Part shown: positions 54,665 through 64,000 of the stretch, in pieces
How positions within the stretch are numbered: the stretch's first letter is position 1
How the letters are laid out: every line of letters starts with the position of its first letter
IMG/VR virus record: IMGVR_UViG_3300033073_001153
Location: 128,001-192,000 of that record
DNA: 64,000 bases
Strand: one strand, 5' to 3'
Origin: a virus
Lineage: Duplodnaviria; Caudoviricetes
Notes under the pieces: model-generated
Database searches by the model: none
What the model was told of the DNA's origin: nothing
Seen by the model: the letters and a program-made list of their open reading frames with translations, nothing else
Translations under genes and position numbers: made by a program

Positions 54665-57379
54665 ATGGCTACATATTTTTCAATCAATGATGGTAATTTT
54701 GATAGTGGTAGTGTATTTACAACTACAATAGGAGGCGTATCTACTGGTACTGCTGGATTTTGGGTTGGTACTACATATTCTTATGCGACAACTGTTGCTA
54801 CTTCGGATGGTTCTACATATGCTGGAGTTGCTCTAAATTTATCCGCAAGAAGTGCTAATCCTACGGGCACTATTGATATTACATTAAGTGCAAATAACGG
54901 AACTACTACAGGAACTATTTCTTATCCTGTGAGTGGAATAACTTCATATAATAGTAGTAATAATATAGTTCCCGGTTATCCTGTAGGATGGGTGTATTTT
55001 TCCTTTCCTACTTCATTTAATGTACCAAATACAAGAACCATGACTGTTGGAGTTAAAACATCCACTACCAACCAAGTTGCTTTAATAGGTACTACAAACT
55101 TAAACAATTTAAATAGATTTTATGTCACCACAACATATGGTACTCCCGGTAGCGTTGATGGTGTTCATGTTACTGGTAGTTTAACTACTAATGGATTAGT
55201 TTCAAAAACCGTAAATTATAATTCGGCTTCTACTTTATTAACAAATCTCTATATTCATAATGGAGGTGTGTTAAATTTTGATCCTACATTAAACACGATA
55301 CTTGAAATTCAAGGAGCACAAGGTATGCAAGTGACTCCTGAAGGAACTGTTAATATAGGAACTTCTAGCAATCCAGTAGCATCAGATAAAACTTGTCAAA
55401 TATTATTATCACAAACCAGTTATATAAATGTACATAACGGAGCAAATTTCAGAGCTTATGGTGCTTATAAAACTCCTTATGCATATATTAATTCTAATAT
55501 TAATGCTGGTGTAAGTATCATACCTACTTCTACTGATGTATCAGGATGGAGAACTTCCGATGAAGTAGTAGTAACACCAAATGATGTAACAAATAATACA
55601 TTTGAAATAGGTAATACATTCTCTTCAAAAGGAGTTGGTACTATAACATTAGGAAGTGCTACTACTTATTCTCATATTTCTAGTGATATTATACCCGGAG
55701 TTATAAATGTAGCACGTAATGTTTCTATTAAAGGAAATAATTCAGGGGTTACACAATATGGTTACATAAGATTTTTAGATGGATCTGTAAGTAATATAAA
55801 CAACGTAGAATTCAAGAGTTTAAAAAATACAACTTATAGAGGAATGCATTTATTGACTGATTCCACAGGTTATATTACTTTAAGTAACTGTGTATTTAAT
55901 GGTGATTATGTAACAACCGCACCAGCTATAACAGTTCCTGCTGTAGCTTTATTACCAACAAAAAACCCACTTTCTAATGTTTTTATAGATAATTGTACAT
56001 TCTTTAAATATGGAAGTGGTGCAGTATTATCAAATACTATAGAATTGACTGGATTATCTGCAAATGCTTTCACATTTACAAATAATATTGTATTAAGTTC
56101 TGGTCAAAACGGAATGTTAATAGATAGATTAAGTTCCTCAAATCTTAATATTAAAAATAACTTTTTAATTGGTAATAAAATTCACGGATTACGTGTTCTT
56201 AATCCATATGTATTAAGTGGAACAATAGGTAGTGTTGGATGCATGAATCTATCTTGCGGAGCAGTAGTTTCCGGTGTTAATAGTGTAGGAAATTATGATG
56301 GATTAGGTGGATTATATAATAAATTAGAAGGTATTAATGTTTCTGGTCTCATATCTAGATTATCAACCACTACATTTAGTAATTTAACAGCAAATAATAA
56401 CAATACTTCAGGATTTTCTTTATCTGGAAATAGTAACAATTTACTATCTCCTGTGAAATTAAACATTAATGGTTTAATAGCCAATAATAATAGAGCAGAA
56501 GGGTTTGAGGCGTATTCCGTATACGGAAATCTCAGTTCAATGTCATTTACTGACAATCTATCTGGAAATATTTACATTTCCATAGGAAACGGTTCCATAA
56601 CATTTGATGGACTTTCTTCTTCAAATACAGGTTCAGTTTCTGGTCAAAATAGTAATATTCATATTTTAAGCGGACAGAATTACGGAGCAACTTTATTCAA
56701 AAATTCTAATTTAAAAGGAAGTAATGTAAATGCTATAAAATTCTACAATACTAAGCTTGAACAATTTTCTATGGATTCTTCCACATTAAGTTCTAACTTA
56801 GAAGATATTGGAAGTTCTAGTTCATTAAATTACTTACAAGGTTCTTATCAATTTAATAATTGTACATTTGGTACAGGTATTCTTTCATCAACAATTCAGA
56901 ATTATCAACCAGAAGTTTTTCTAGAAAATGGGTTTGTAGTTATGAAAGAAAACGGAGTAGCTGATAAACACTATCGTTTACTTCAAGCTGGTAAAATTTC
57001 ATTAGATACTACAATAGCATACGGAACTAATACAGTTTCAGAAAAACTAGAACCAACTTCAACAGTTACTAAATTACGTTGCGGATCTAAAATGATTCCA
57101 GTCAACAAAGATTCATCATACACAGTTGGATGTTATGTTCGCAAATCTAGTGGATATTCTGGAGATGCTCCACGTTTAATACTTAGACGCAATAGTGCTT
57201 TAGGATATGAAGATACTGTTTTAGATACTTCTACAGGTTCAGACAGCACTTGGGAATTATTAAATGGCGTAGTACCCGCAGCTTTAGATAAAGGAATTTT
57301 TGAAGTATATGTAGATTGTTCTGGTTCTACTGGATGTGGTTCTATAAACATCGATAATTGGTCTTTAACTTCAGTTTAA
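54665..57379 (+). CDS. Large beta-helix virion protein (G8/parallel beta-helix-like, tailspike-like)
   Basis: Asn/Ser/Thr-rich solenoid, VINVARNVSI, C-terminal carbohydrate-binding-like domain. Confidence 0.65.
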   Translation: MATYFSINDGNFDSGSVFTTTIGGVSTGTAGFWVGTTYSYATTVATSDGSTYAGVALNLSARSANPTGTIDITLSANNGTTTGTISYPVSGITSYNSSNNIVPGYPVGWVYFSFPTSFNVPNTRTMTVGVKTSTTNQVALIGTTNLNNLNRFYVTTTYGTPGSVDGVHVTGSLTTNGLVSKTVNYNSASTLLTNLYIHNGGVLNFDPTLNTILEIQGAQGMQVTPEGTVNIGTSSNPVASDKTCQILLSQTSYINVHNGANFRAYGAYKTPYAYINSNINAGVSIIPTSTDVSGWRTSDEVVVTPNDVTNNTFEIGNTFSSKGVGTITLGSATTYSHISSDIIPGVINVARNVSIKGNNSGVTQYGYIRFLDGSVSNINNVEFKSLKNTTYRGMHLLTDSTGYITLSNCVFNGDYVTTAPAITVPAVALLPTKNPLSNVFIDNCTFFKYGSGAVLSNTIELTGLSANAFTFTNNIVLSSGQNGMLIDRLSSSNLNIKNNFLIGNKIHGLRVLNPYVLSGTIGSVGCMNLSCGAVVSGVNSVGNYDGLGGLYNKLEGINVSGLISRLSTTTFSNLTANNNNTSGFSLSGNSNNLLSPVKLNINGLIANNNRAEGFEAYSVYGNLSSMSFTDNLSGNIYISIGNGSITFDGLSSSNTGSVSGQNSNIHILSGQNYGATLFKNSNLKGSNVNAIKFYNTKLEQFSMDSSTLSSNLEDIGSSSSLNYLQGSYQFNNCTFGTGILSSTIQNYQPEVFLENGFVVMKENGVADKHYRLLQAGKISLDTTIAYGTNTVSEKLEPTSTVTKLRCGSKMIPVNKDSSYTVGCYVRKSSGYSGDAPRLILRRNSALGYEDTVLDTSTGSDSTWELLNGVVPAALDKGIFEVYVDCSGSTGCGSINIDNWSLTSV

Positions 57380-57401
57380 ACTTTTAAATTTTTAATATAT
57401 T

Positions 57402-60400
57402 ATGGCAAATTATTTTTTACTTAGAGATGGTCTTTTGGGAGACACTGGGACATATGGTATAAGTATGTCTGGAGCAGAAAAATTAAACAATAGTACAGGT
57501 TATAAATTAACTACAAATGATAGTTGGAGTACTCAGTTATCTGGAGCAAGTTCTAATATTATAGATTCTATTGCTATACATTTAAGTGGTAGATCTGCTA
57601 ATCCAACAGGTACATTAACTCTTCAAATTAGCAGTAGAACATTTTCTCCTACTACTCTAGGAACCTATCCAATTAGTTCTTTTACTTCATATTATGGGGT
57701 AAATGATCAAATGTCAAACTACCCATTAAATTGGCAATTATTAAAATTATCCACACCATTTACTAATACAAATACTTTTTTCAGAGTAAATCTAAAAACA
57801 AGCAACTCTGATCAATTATCATTAATGGCATTAAGTACTGTTAATGGAATAAGTTACGATTTGATGTGTATAAGAGATACATATGTAGCTTCTCCTCCAA
57901 ATATTTTACATATAGGAAGTAAATTAGATGGGTATAGTACAGAAAACAGAACAATAACTGCTTCTACTGGAACTTATAATGATATTTATATTCATAAGAA
58001 CGGAAGCTTAGTTTTCCCTACTTCTTCTACTACATTATCAGTTATAGGAACAAGTGGAATACAAATCACTTCAGAAGGAACCTTACAAATAGGTTCTTCT
58101 TCTAGTCCAGTTGCAGACACTACAACTCATCAAATATTACTTTCTTCTACTATAGGAGTAAATAATTATTCTGTATTGAACACATACGGTGCATATAAAC
58201 TACCATATGCTACATTTTCTGAAGATTATGCAGCAGGAACTAATGTGTTTATTACATTAGAAAGTCTTTCTACAACTTGGAAAGCAAATGACAATGTGGT
58301 ATTATTACCAAATACTACAACAAATAATACTATAGATACAAGTACCGTAAATAGCTTTTTAACTGAAAAAAGAGTTGTTACCAATTCAAGTACATCATTT
58401 GCACATCCTGTAGTAAGTTATCTTCCGAACATTGCAAATTTAACAAGAAATGTAAAAATAGGAGGATTTTCTTCTATTGCTAAAGGAACTATAAAATCTT
58501 TAAATAATTCTAATGTAAATCTAAATAATACGGAATTCTTATGCATAAGAGGAAGTTTAGCTAGTGATAATAGTAGTTATGTTTCATTAAGTGGATGCAC
58601 ATTAAGTGGTTTCGGTGGTGAAACTTTACATAGTTCAACTAATACAAATTCAACAGAATTTAGCGGTAGTAGATTAGTTGGTCCAATCGGAGTTACTGAT
58701 TTTGATATAAATCCCGGTACAGATTTTACTATTGAAATGTACGTAAAAACATATACAGTAGCAGGTACTATACAAGATATATTTTATTATGGAACTGCCT
58801 CTCCTCTTGCTAATAGTGATTATGGAATTTTAACTAGAATACAAGGCAATAAATTTACTGCTGCTTTTTATGTCGGTGCTGCTGCAACTGCTGTATTAAC
58901 AGCAAATGCCATCAATGAAAATACTTGGCATCATGTTGCTATAGTAGCTAGTAATAGTGCTCTTAAATTATATATTGATGGAACATCATTAGATCAATCT
59001 ACTCAAGTAAATTATAATTATAATAATACTACATTCAGACCTATTATTGGCGGAAATCTTGGTGGTAATCTTTGGCTTCAAGGTAAAATTTCAAATTTAC
59101 GATTTGTAAGAGGAAAAGCAGTATATACATCAAACTTCACTCCTCCTACTAGTGCATTAGGTTTGATAACTGAAAGTGGTGTTACTAATCTAGTATTAGC
59201 ATGTCAATCTCCAGATTTTGTTGATACTGGTGATTTAAAATTACCATTATCTGGTTATAATATTAATAATATTAAGTTTGATGCCGATTCTGTTTTTGGA
59301 TCACAATATAAAAACTGTAATATTAATAATTGTGTAACATTTAAAACAAAATACGGAATAACTTTAAATAACGGAATTTCATCAAATAATACAATAAACA
59401 ATAACTTAATTTTAAGTTCTATGTATTCTGGAATTTATATTAATAATGGAGGCATGGGAAGTATTTCTAGCTCTAATAATAATATATCTGTTGGACCATC
59501 CACATACGGAACATATTTAGAAAATAACGCAAATAATAAAACATTAAATGGTATCATAAATTATGATAATACATATGGTACATATATTAAAACCGCACAT
59601 TCTGGAGTAATAAGTAATATTACTAATACTTATAATACCAGTGGTGGTGTTTATGTTGATGGAAATACACAAAATTTGAGTTCAACTATTTTCAGAAATA
59701 TAACTGCATCAAATAACAAAACGGTTGGTTTTATTGTATCTGGAAATTCTATTAATCATTTATCTCCAGTTATACTGAATATAGATGGTTTGGTTGCAAA
59801 TTCTAATTTAAATGGTGGTTTTGAAGGTTACTGCATTGCTGGTAATTTAAGTTCTATTCAATTAAGTGGAAATAGCGGAAATTATGCAATGAAAACTTCT
59901 ATTGGTAATTATTATACTACTATAGATGGTATTACTGCATTAACTAATGATGTTGTTGGAACTTCTGCTGCTATTGGAATACTTTCAGCAATTAATTATT
60001 ATCCAACCGTAATAAAGAATTCTAAAGTAGGAAAAGCAGTTGGATCTTCTGTATATGGTGCTGCTATTAGTTTAGATAGCACTAAATTCTCTCAATTTAA
60101 TGTGTATAATTCAACAGTAAGTGGAGGATCTAGTGATTTTCAATTAAGAAACACAAACGGTGTAATCGAAGGATCATACTTAATTGGAAATACAAATATT
60201 GGTAATCTTCCAGTAGGTGCTGGTGTAACTTCTTCTAACTATCAATCTGATGTGTTAAAAACTACTGGATTTGCATTCACAAACATGAACAATGCAAGTG
60301 GATATAATGTTACATATCTTGCTGCGGGAACTCGTCAAATCGATTCTACTACAACTTGTAACATTAACGAATCAACTTCACCTTCTGAACGTTTAACTCC

Positions 60401-60734
60401 TCAAAGCACTACATTAAAACTTCGTAGTGGAAGTAAATTCGTAGCATTAAATGCAGGAGAATCAACTGCAATTAATGTTTATGTAAGAAAATCTACTTTA
60501 GCTACAAATGGTGCTGCTTATAATGGAAATTCTCCTCGTTTAATGTTAAAACGTAACGGAGCTATGGGAATCAATTCTGATATTGTGATGGATCAACTTG
60601 ATACAACTTCAGAAAACTTCCTAAAACTTGGTGGAGTTTCACCAGCAGTAACAGATAGCGGAGTTCTTGAGTTTTATGTCGATTGTGATGGAACTCAAGG
60701 ATGGATTAATATCGACAATTGGACAGCAAACTAA
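57402..60734 (+). CDS. Paralog of 54665 with inserted LamG/ConA-like domain
   Basis: DFTIEMYVK...NTWHHVAIV...LYIDG...GKISNLRFVRGKAVYTSNFTPP. Confidence 0.75.
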   Translation: MANYFLLRDGLLGDTGTYGISMSGAEKLNNSTGYKLTTNDSWSTQLSGASSNIIDSIAIHLSGRSANPTGTLTLQISSRTFSPTTLGTYPISSFTSYYGVNDQMSNYPLNWQLLKLSTPFTNTNTFFRVNLKTSNSDQLSLMALSTVNGISYDLMCIRDTYVASPPNILHIGSKLDGYSTENRTITASTGTYNDIYIHKNGSLVFPTSSTTLSVIGTSGIQITSEGTLQIGSSSSPVADTTTHQILLSSTIGVNNYSVLNTYGAYKLPYATFSEDYAAGTNVFITLESLSTTWKANDNVVLLPNTTTNNTIDTSTVNSFLTEKRVVTNSSTSFAHPVVSYLPNIANLTRNVKIGGFSSIAKGTIKSLNNSNVNLNNTEFLCIRGSLASDNSSYVSLSGCTLSGFGGETLHSSTNTNSTEFSGSRLVGPIGVTDFDINPGTDFTIEMYVKTYTVAGTIQDIFYYGTASPLANSDYGILTRIQGNKFTAAFYVGAAATAVLTANAINENTWHHVAIVASNSALKLYIDGTSLDQSTQVNYNYNNTTFRPIIGGNLGGNLWLQGKISNLRFVRGKAVYTSNFTPPTSALGLITESGVTNLVLACQSPDFVDTGDLKLPLSGYNINNIKFDADSVFGSQYKNCNINNCVTFKTKYGITLNNGISSNNTINNNLILSSMYSGIYINNGGMGSISSSNNNISVGPSTYGTYLENNANNKTLNGIINYDNTYGTYIKTAHSGVISNITNTYNTSGGVYVDGNTQNLSSTIFRNITASNNKTVGFIVSGNSINHLSPVILNIDGLVANSNLNGGFEGYCIAGNLSSIQLSGNSGNYAMKTSIGNYYTTIDGITALTNDVVGTSAAIGILSAINYYPTVIKNSKVGKAVGSSVYGAAISLDSTKFSQFNVYNSTVSGGSSDFQLRNTNGVIEGSYLIGNTNIGNLPVGAGVTSSNYQSDVLKTTGFAFTNMNNASGYNVTYLAAGTRQIDSTTTCNINESTSPSERLTPQSTTLKLRSGSKFVALNAGESTAINVYVRKSTLATNGAAYNGNSPRLMLKRNGAMGINSDIVMDQLDTTSENFLKLGGVSPAVTDSGVLEFYVDCDGTQGWINIDNWTAN

Positions 60735-60746
60735 AAATAAATAATT

Positions 60747-60938
60747 ATGGCTAATCAAAATCCTGACGGAAAAGTAAATTATTGGTATGAAGGTGTATCT
60801 TCCACCTTGATCAAAAGTACTTCAAATGCTCCTATTGGTGCTTTGAATTATTGGTACAATGGAAGTCCCCAAGGCTTTCTATTAGATTCCAAATTAGAAT
60901 CAAAAGCAAGAAATTTCGCAGTTCTTATTGGTTTCTAA
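60747..60938 (+). CDS. Small late protein
   Basis: NYWYxG repeated twice; TAAATA at 60738-60743. Confidence 0.6.
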   Translation: MANQNPDGKVNYWYEGVSSTLIKSTSNAPIGALNYWYNGSPQGFLLDSKLESKARNFAVLIGF

Positions 60939-60960
60939 AAAAAAAACAAAACACAAACAC

Positions 60961-61000
60961 AAATATCTCCTACTGGTTCGCTGGTAGGAGATATTTTTTT
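60961..61000 (+). terminator. Intrinsic terminator
   Basis: AAATATCTCCTAC/GTAGGAGATATTT + T tract. Confidence 0.75.
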
Positions 61001-61040
61001 GCCATAAGTGCTTTTTTAATTTAAAACCATAAATAATAAG

Positions 61041-62153
61041 ATGGATGATATTCTTGCAAAGCATTTAGCAAAAACATTGCTTTTTAAAGAAACTAAAAAA
61101 TCGCCTTTAAAAAAATCTGATAATAATTACAAATACAAATTAATAGATGGAAAATACTATATAAATGTAGGGTCTAAATTATTTATATCAGAAAAAATAG
61201 GTATTTGGAAAAACAAAGATGTTGTAAAAGTAAATGATAGCAACTTTATCGTAATGGAAAATAGTAATACTATGATTCCATTAAATCATTTATCTAGAGA
61301 AGAATTTGAAAATAATTTCACAAGTATTGAAAATATTCCTAGAAATAAAAATTCAAATTTTCAATCAAAACCGTCTTTTTTACAATCTAGTAAAAAAGAA
61401 GAACCTGAAAAGCTCAAAAGTAAAATAGATTCGACAAAAAAAGAAGAACCTTCTTTCAAAAAAGAAAGAATAACAAATCCAATAAAATCAAAAGAAATTG
61501 AATCTCCATCAAAAACTTCCGAATCTACATTAAAATATACAGATTCCGAAGAAATTACAGAACCTTCATTAAAAGAACCAACAGAATCAGAAGAAACGTC
61601 TACTGAAAAATATATAGATAATATTAAATCAGAAGAAATAGAAGAAGATGCCGAAGAAACTGCTGAAACAAATTCTTTTTTTGATTTATTAGATAAGAAA
61701 AAAGACGATCCAAGAGTTAAAAAATTCTTTAATTATCATGCAGATGCAATGAAAAAAGAATTTACGCAAATTATAGAAAAAGTAAAATCTTCTCAAATGT
61801 CAAGAGCAATGGAAAGTGGGGGAGGAACAAATGCTGTTCAATATGCAAATGGCGGCACAATGGATGGAGATTTAAATGTTACTCATAGAATTGTAGCAGA
61901 AACTATAAATGATTTTGACGGAAGACAATTACTTTTTAAGAGAACATTCAATATAACTGGAGATGGATCAAATAAAGAATTTACATTTAATCATAATTTA
62001 AATACAAAAGACATTTTAATTAATGTTTATGATTCTGTAACTAGTCAATTAGTGTTTGTTACAAGTGTTAATACAGATTTAAATAATACCACAATAGAAT
62101 TCCCAAACAATCTACAAGTAGGTGAAAATTACAGAGTAATTTTAATTGCATAA
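61041..62153 (+). CDS. Late protein with charged N-terminal region and ESGGG-led structural C-terminal domain
   Basis: ESGGGTNAVQYANGGTMDGDL...HNLNTKD; TAAATA at 61030-61035. Confidence 0.7.
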   Translation: MDDILAKHLAKTLLFKETKKSPLKKSDNNYKYKLIDGKYYINVGSKLFISEKIGIWKNKDVVKVNDSNFIVMENSNTMIPLNHLSREEFENNFTSIENIPRNKNSNFQSKPSFLQSSKKEEPEKLKSKIDSTKKEEPSFKKERITNPIKSKEIESPSKTSESTLKYTDSEEITEPSLKEPTESEETSTEKYIDNIKSEEIEEDAEETAETNSFFDLLDKKKDDPRVKKFFNYHADAMKKEFTQIIEKVKSSQMSRAMESGGGTNAVQYANGGTMDGDLNVTHRIVAETINDFDGRQLLFKRTFNITGDGSNKEFTFNHNLNTKDILINVYDSVTSQLVFVTSVNTDLNNTTIEFPNNLQVGENYRVILIA

Positions 62154-62189
62154 TTAGCTTTTTTGAATGTTTCGTCTAAATAATGTTAA

Positions 62190-63134
62190 ATGAAAGTCTC
62201 TCTAGAAGGTCAAGAAATTAAAAATTACCAGTTCACTTATGAAGGAGTGAATATGTTGGGCTTTGATTCTATAGATGAAATATATTTTGATGTTTTTGAA
62301 ATTAAAACAAAGCAATATCAAATTATAAAAGAAAAAAAAGAAGAAAAAAACGGTTTACCAGTAGTAGAATTAGACGTAACTGTAGATAATGTAGTTTTCA
62401 AAAACGTAAAATTCCAATTAACGAAAGAAAATGTTGTAAAAATAAATCAAAATACATTAAACAGAAGAAATGCTTCTATTATAGAAAATAAAATACCATT
62501 AATTAATAAAAATAATAAACCTGCCTTAATTAAAGAACAAAATTTATCAAAAAAACCTATCGAAAAACCTGTAAAAGAAGAATTAAAAAAAATTATACAA
62601 AAAGAATCTAAAACAGGATTAATAAAGCAGCTTATCAAGGAAAATACCGAAGAATTATTTAGAGAATTATTATTAACTGATAACGGAGATAAACAAATAC
62701 AAAAATTTTTCGAAGGATATACAAATAGTTTCAAAAAAAGTTTCGTAGAAATGGCAGAAAAAATTGCCAGACGTGAATCTCTTCGTTTTAGTGAAAGCGG
62801 AGGAGGTTCAAATGCTGTTCAATATGCAAATGGCGGCACAATGGATGGTGATTTAACAGTAACACAAACCATAGTAGCAGAAAGTATTACAGACACAAAA
62901 GGAAGACAATTAGTTTCTAAATTAGTTTTTAATATAATGGGAAATAATACAACAAGAACATATACACTTAATCATAATTTAGATACTAAAAATATTATTA
63001 TAAATGTTTATGATATAAATACAGACGAATTGGTATTCGTTTCTTGTAAAAATATAGATAATAACAATACTACCATACAATTTCCAAATAATTTAATTTC
63101 TGGTGAAAATTATCGAGTAATTTTATTTGCTTAA
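62190..63134 (+). CDS. Paralog of 61041
   Basis: ESGGGSNAVQYANGGTMDGDL...HNLDTKN. Confidence 0.7.
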   Translation: MKVSLEGQEIKNYQFTYEGVNMLGFDSIDEIYFDVFEIKTKQYQIIKEKKEEKNGLPVVELDVTVDNVVFKNVKFQLTKENVVKINQNTLNRRNASIIENKIPLINKNNKPALIKEQNLSKKPIEKPVKEELKKIIQKESKTGLIKQLIKENTEELFRELLLTDNGDKQIQKFFEGYTNSFKKSFVEMAEKIARRESLRFSESGGGSNAVQYANGGTMDGDLTVTQTIVAESITDTKGRQLVSKLVFNIMGNNTTRTYTLNHNLDTKNIIINVYDINTDELVFVSCKNIDNNNTTIQFPNNLISGENYRVILFA

Positions 63135-63152
63135 AACTAAATACTAAAACAT

Positions 63153-63824
63153 ATGTCAAATGTACGAATTCTCCAAGATGTAGTAATTTATAATTCATTA
63201 ACAGCTTCCAGTAATTTATATGTAACAGAAAACGCAGTTGCAAAAAATTTAGCTGTAGGTGATTTTGGTAATGTTTCCCCAGATCCTACAAAAACACTTT
63301 ATGTATCAGGAGATACCTTCATAGATGGTATGTTAACTGTTACTGGAAGTGCTAATTTTGTTAATACCACTTTTAGTACTACCAGCGCATTAAGTGTTGT
63401 AAACAATGGAACTGGTCCTAGTATTGTTGGTATCCAAAATGGAGAAGAAGCAATTGCTGCTTTTTACGATGACACTGATATTGCACTTTGGGTTGATGGT
63501 GTAGCTTCTCGTCCCGGTTATGTTGGTATTGGTACAAAAGAACCAAACGAAAAATTAACAGTTGTAGGAAATATTTCTGCAAGTGGAAGAATTTATGGAA
63601 ATGGAATGCTCAGTAAATTCGTTTCTGCATTTGGAAATACTACTGATACTGTTTATACTATCACTCATGATTTAGGAGTACAAGATGTAGTAAGTACTGT
63701 TATTGATAATTCTACTTTTGAAGTGGTTTATCCATCAGTAACATATACTGCTATGAATGAAATTACAGTAGAATTTTCAAATATTCCCGGAGATAACGCA
63801 TATAAAGTTATTATTGTTGGATAA
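63153..63824 (+). CDS. Fibre-like structural protein
   Basis: GYVGIGTKEPNEKLTVVGNISASG; HDLG C-terminal domain shared with the two preceding genes. Confidence 0.75.
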   Translation: MSNVRILQDVVIYNSLTASSNLYVTENAVAKNLAVGDFGNVSPDPTKTLYVSGDTFIDGMLTVTGSANFVNTTFSTTSALSVVNNGTGPSIVGIQNGEEAIAAFYDDTDIALWVDGVASRPGYVGIGTKEPNEKLTVVGNISASGRIYGNGMLSKFVSAFGNTTDTVYTITHDLGVQDVVSTVIDNSTFEVVYPSVTYTAMNEITVEFSNIPGDNAYKVIIVG

Positions 63825-63846
63825 TTACTTAAAAATATATTTTTAT

Positions 63847-63882
63847 AATAACTCGTTCATTGATTTGAACGAGTTATTTTTT
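63847..63882 (+). terminator. Intrinsic terminator
   Basis: AATAACTCGTTCA/TGAACGAGTTATT + T tract. Confidence 0.75.
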
Positions 63883-63903
63883 TATTTTTTGATAAATAGT
63901 TGT

Positions 63904-64000
63904 ATGTCACGGTTTTTATCACCTAATGAAACTATTCAAGGAATAGCATCTGGAAAAGATTCTTATTGGGATAATGTTTATGCACACAATATTCTTTCTG
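63904..64000 (+). CDS. Partial late gene
   Basis: TAAATA at 63893-63898; MSRFLSPNETIQG... Confidence 0.6.
   Translation, partial: MSRFLSPNETIQGIASGKDSYWDNVYAHNILS

Noticed and set aside
7116-62734. Many short antisense or alternate-frame ORFs in the track (e.g. 7116, 8392, 14623, 32391, 37027, 44881, 48445, 62447)
   Set aside because: Nested within longer motif-bearing genes; shadow ORFs
1-64000. Stop-codon reassignment
   Set aside because: Coding density is high with the standard code; TAG and TGA end intact genes; no suppressor tRNA seen

Overview
AT-rich segment of a large T4-like (jumbo-type) tailed phage genome. Many genes carry a TAAATA late-promoter motif 5-12 nt before the ATG, and sigma70-type early promoters are also present. 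A Tat-signal DUF1501 gene and an outer-membrane barrel gene suggest a Verrucomicrobiota/Planctomycetota host (inference). The left 43 kb, mostly on the minus strand, is accessory and early: three tRNAs (Tyr; Asn interrupted by a 187-nt group I intron; Met/CAU), two free-standing homing-type endonucleases, RmlC, a cytidylyltransferase, a methyltransferase, an ECF sigma factor, an orphan TnpB-like RuvC nuclease, two RNA ligases plus a phosphoesterase, a MoxR-AAA/vWA pair, two deaminases, a GH46-like lysin, and late proteins with a shared capsid-targeting-like N-terminus (several ADP-ribosyltransferase-like). The right 21 kb (plus strand) is a fibre/appendage module with an embedded glycosyltransferase and sulfotransferase. 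The best candidate new system lies at 10.2-13.7 kb: a DUF2828 (TROVE/Ro60-like vWA) gene flanked by four copies of a short covarying stem RNA (AGAU..RCWGCAA...AUCUAG, Y-RNA-like by analogy) and two copies of a larger pseudoknotted RNA, next to a tRNA. All family assignments come from motif recognition by eye, not database searches.
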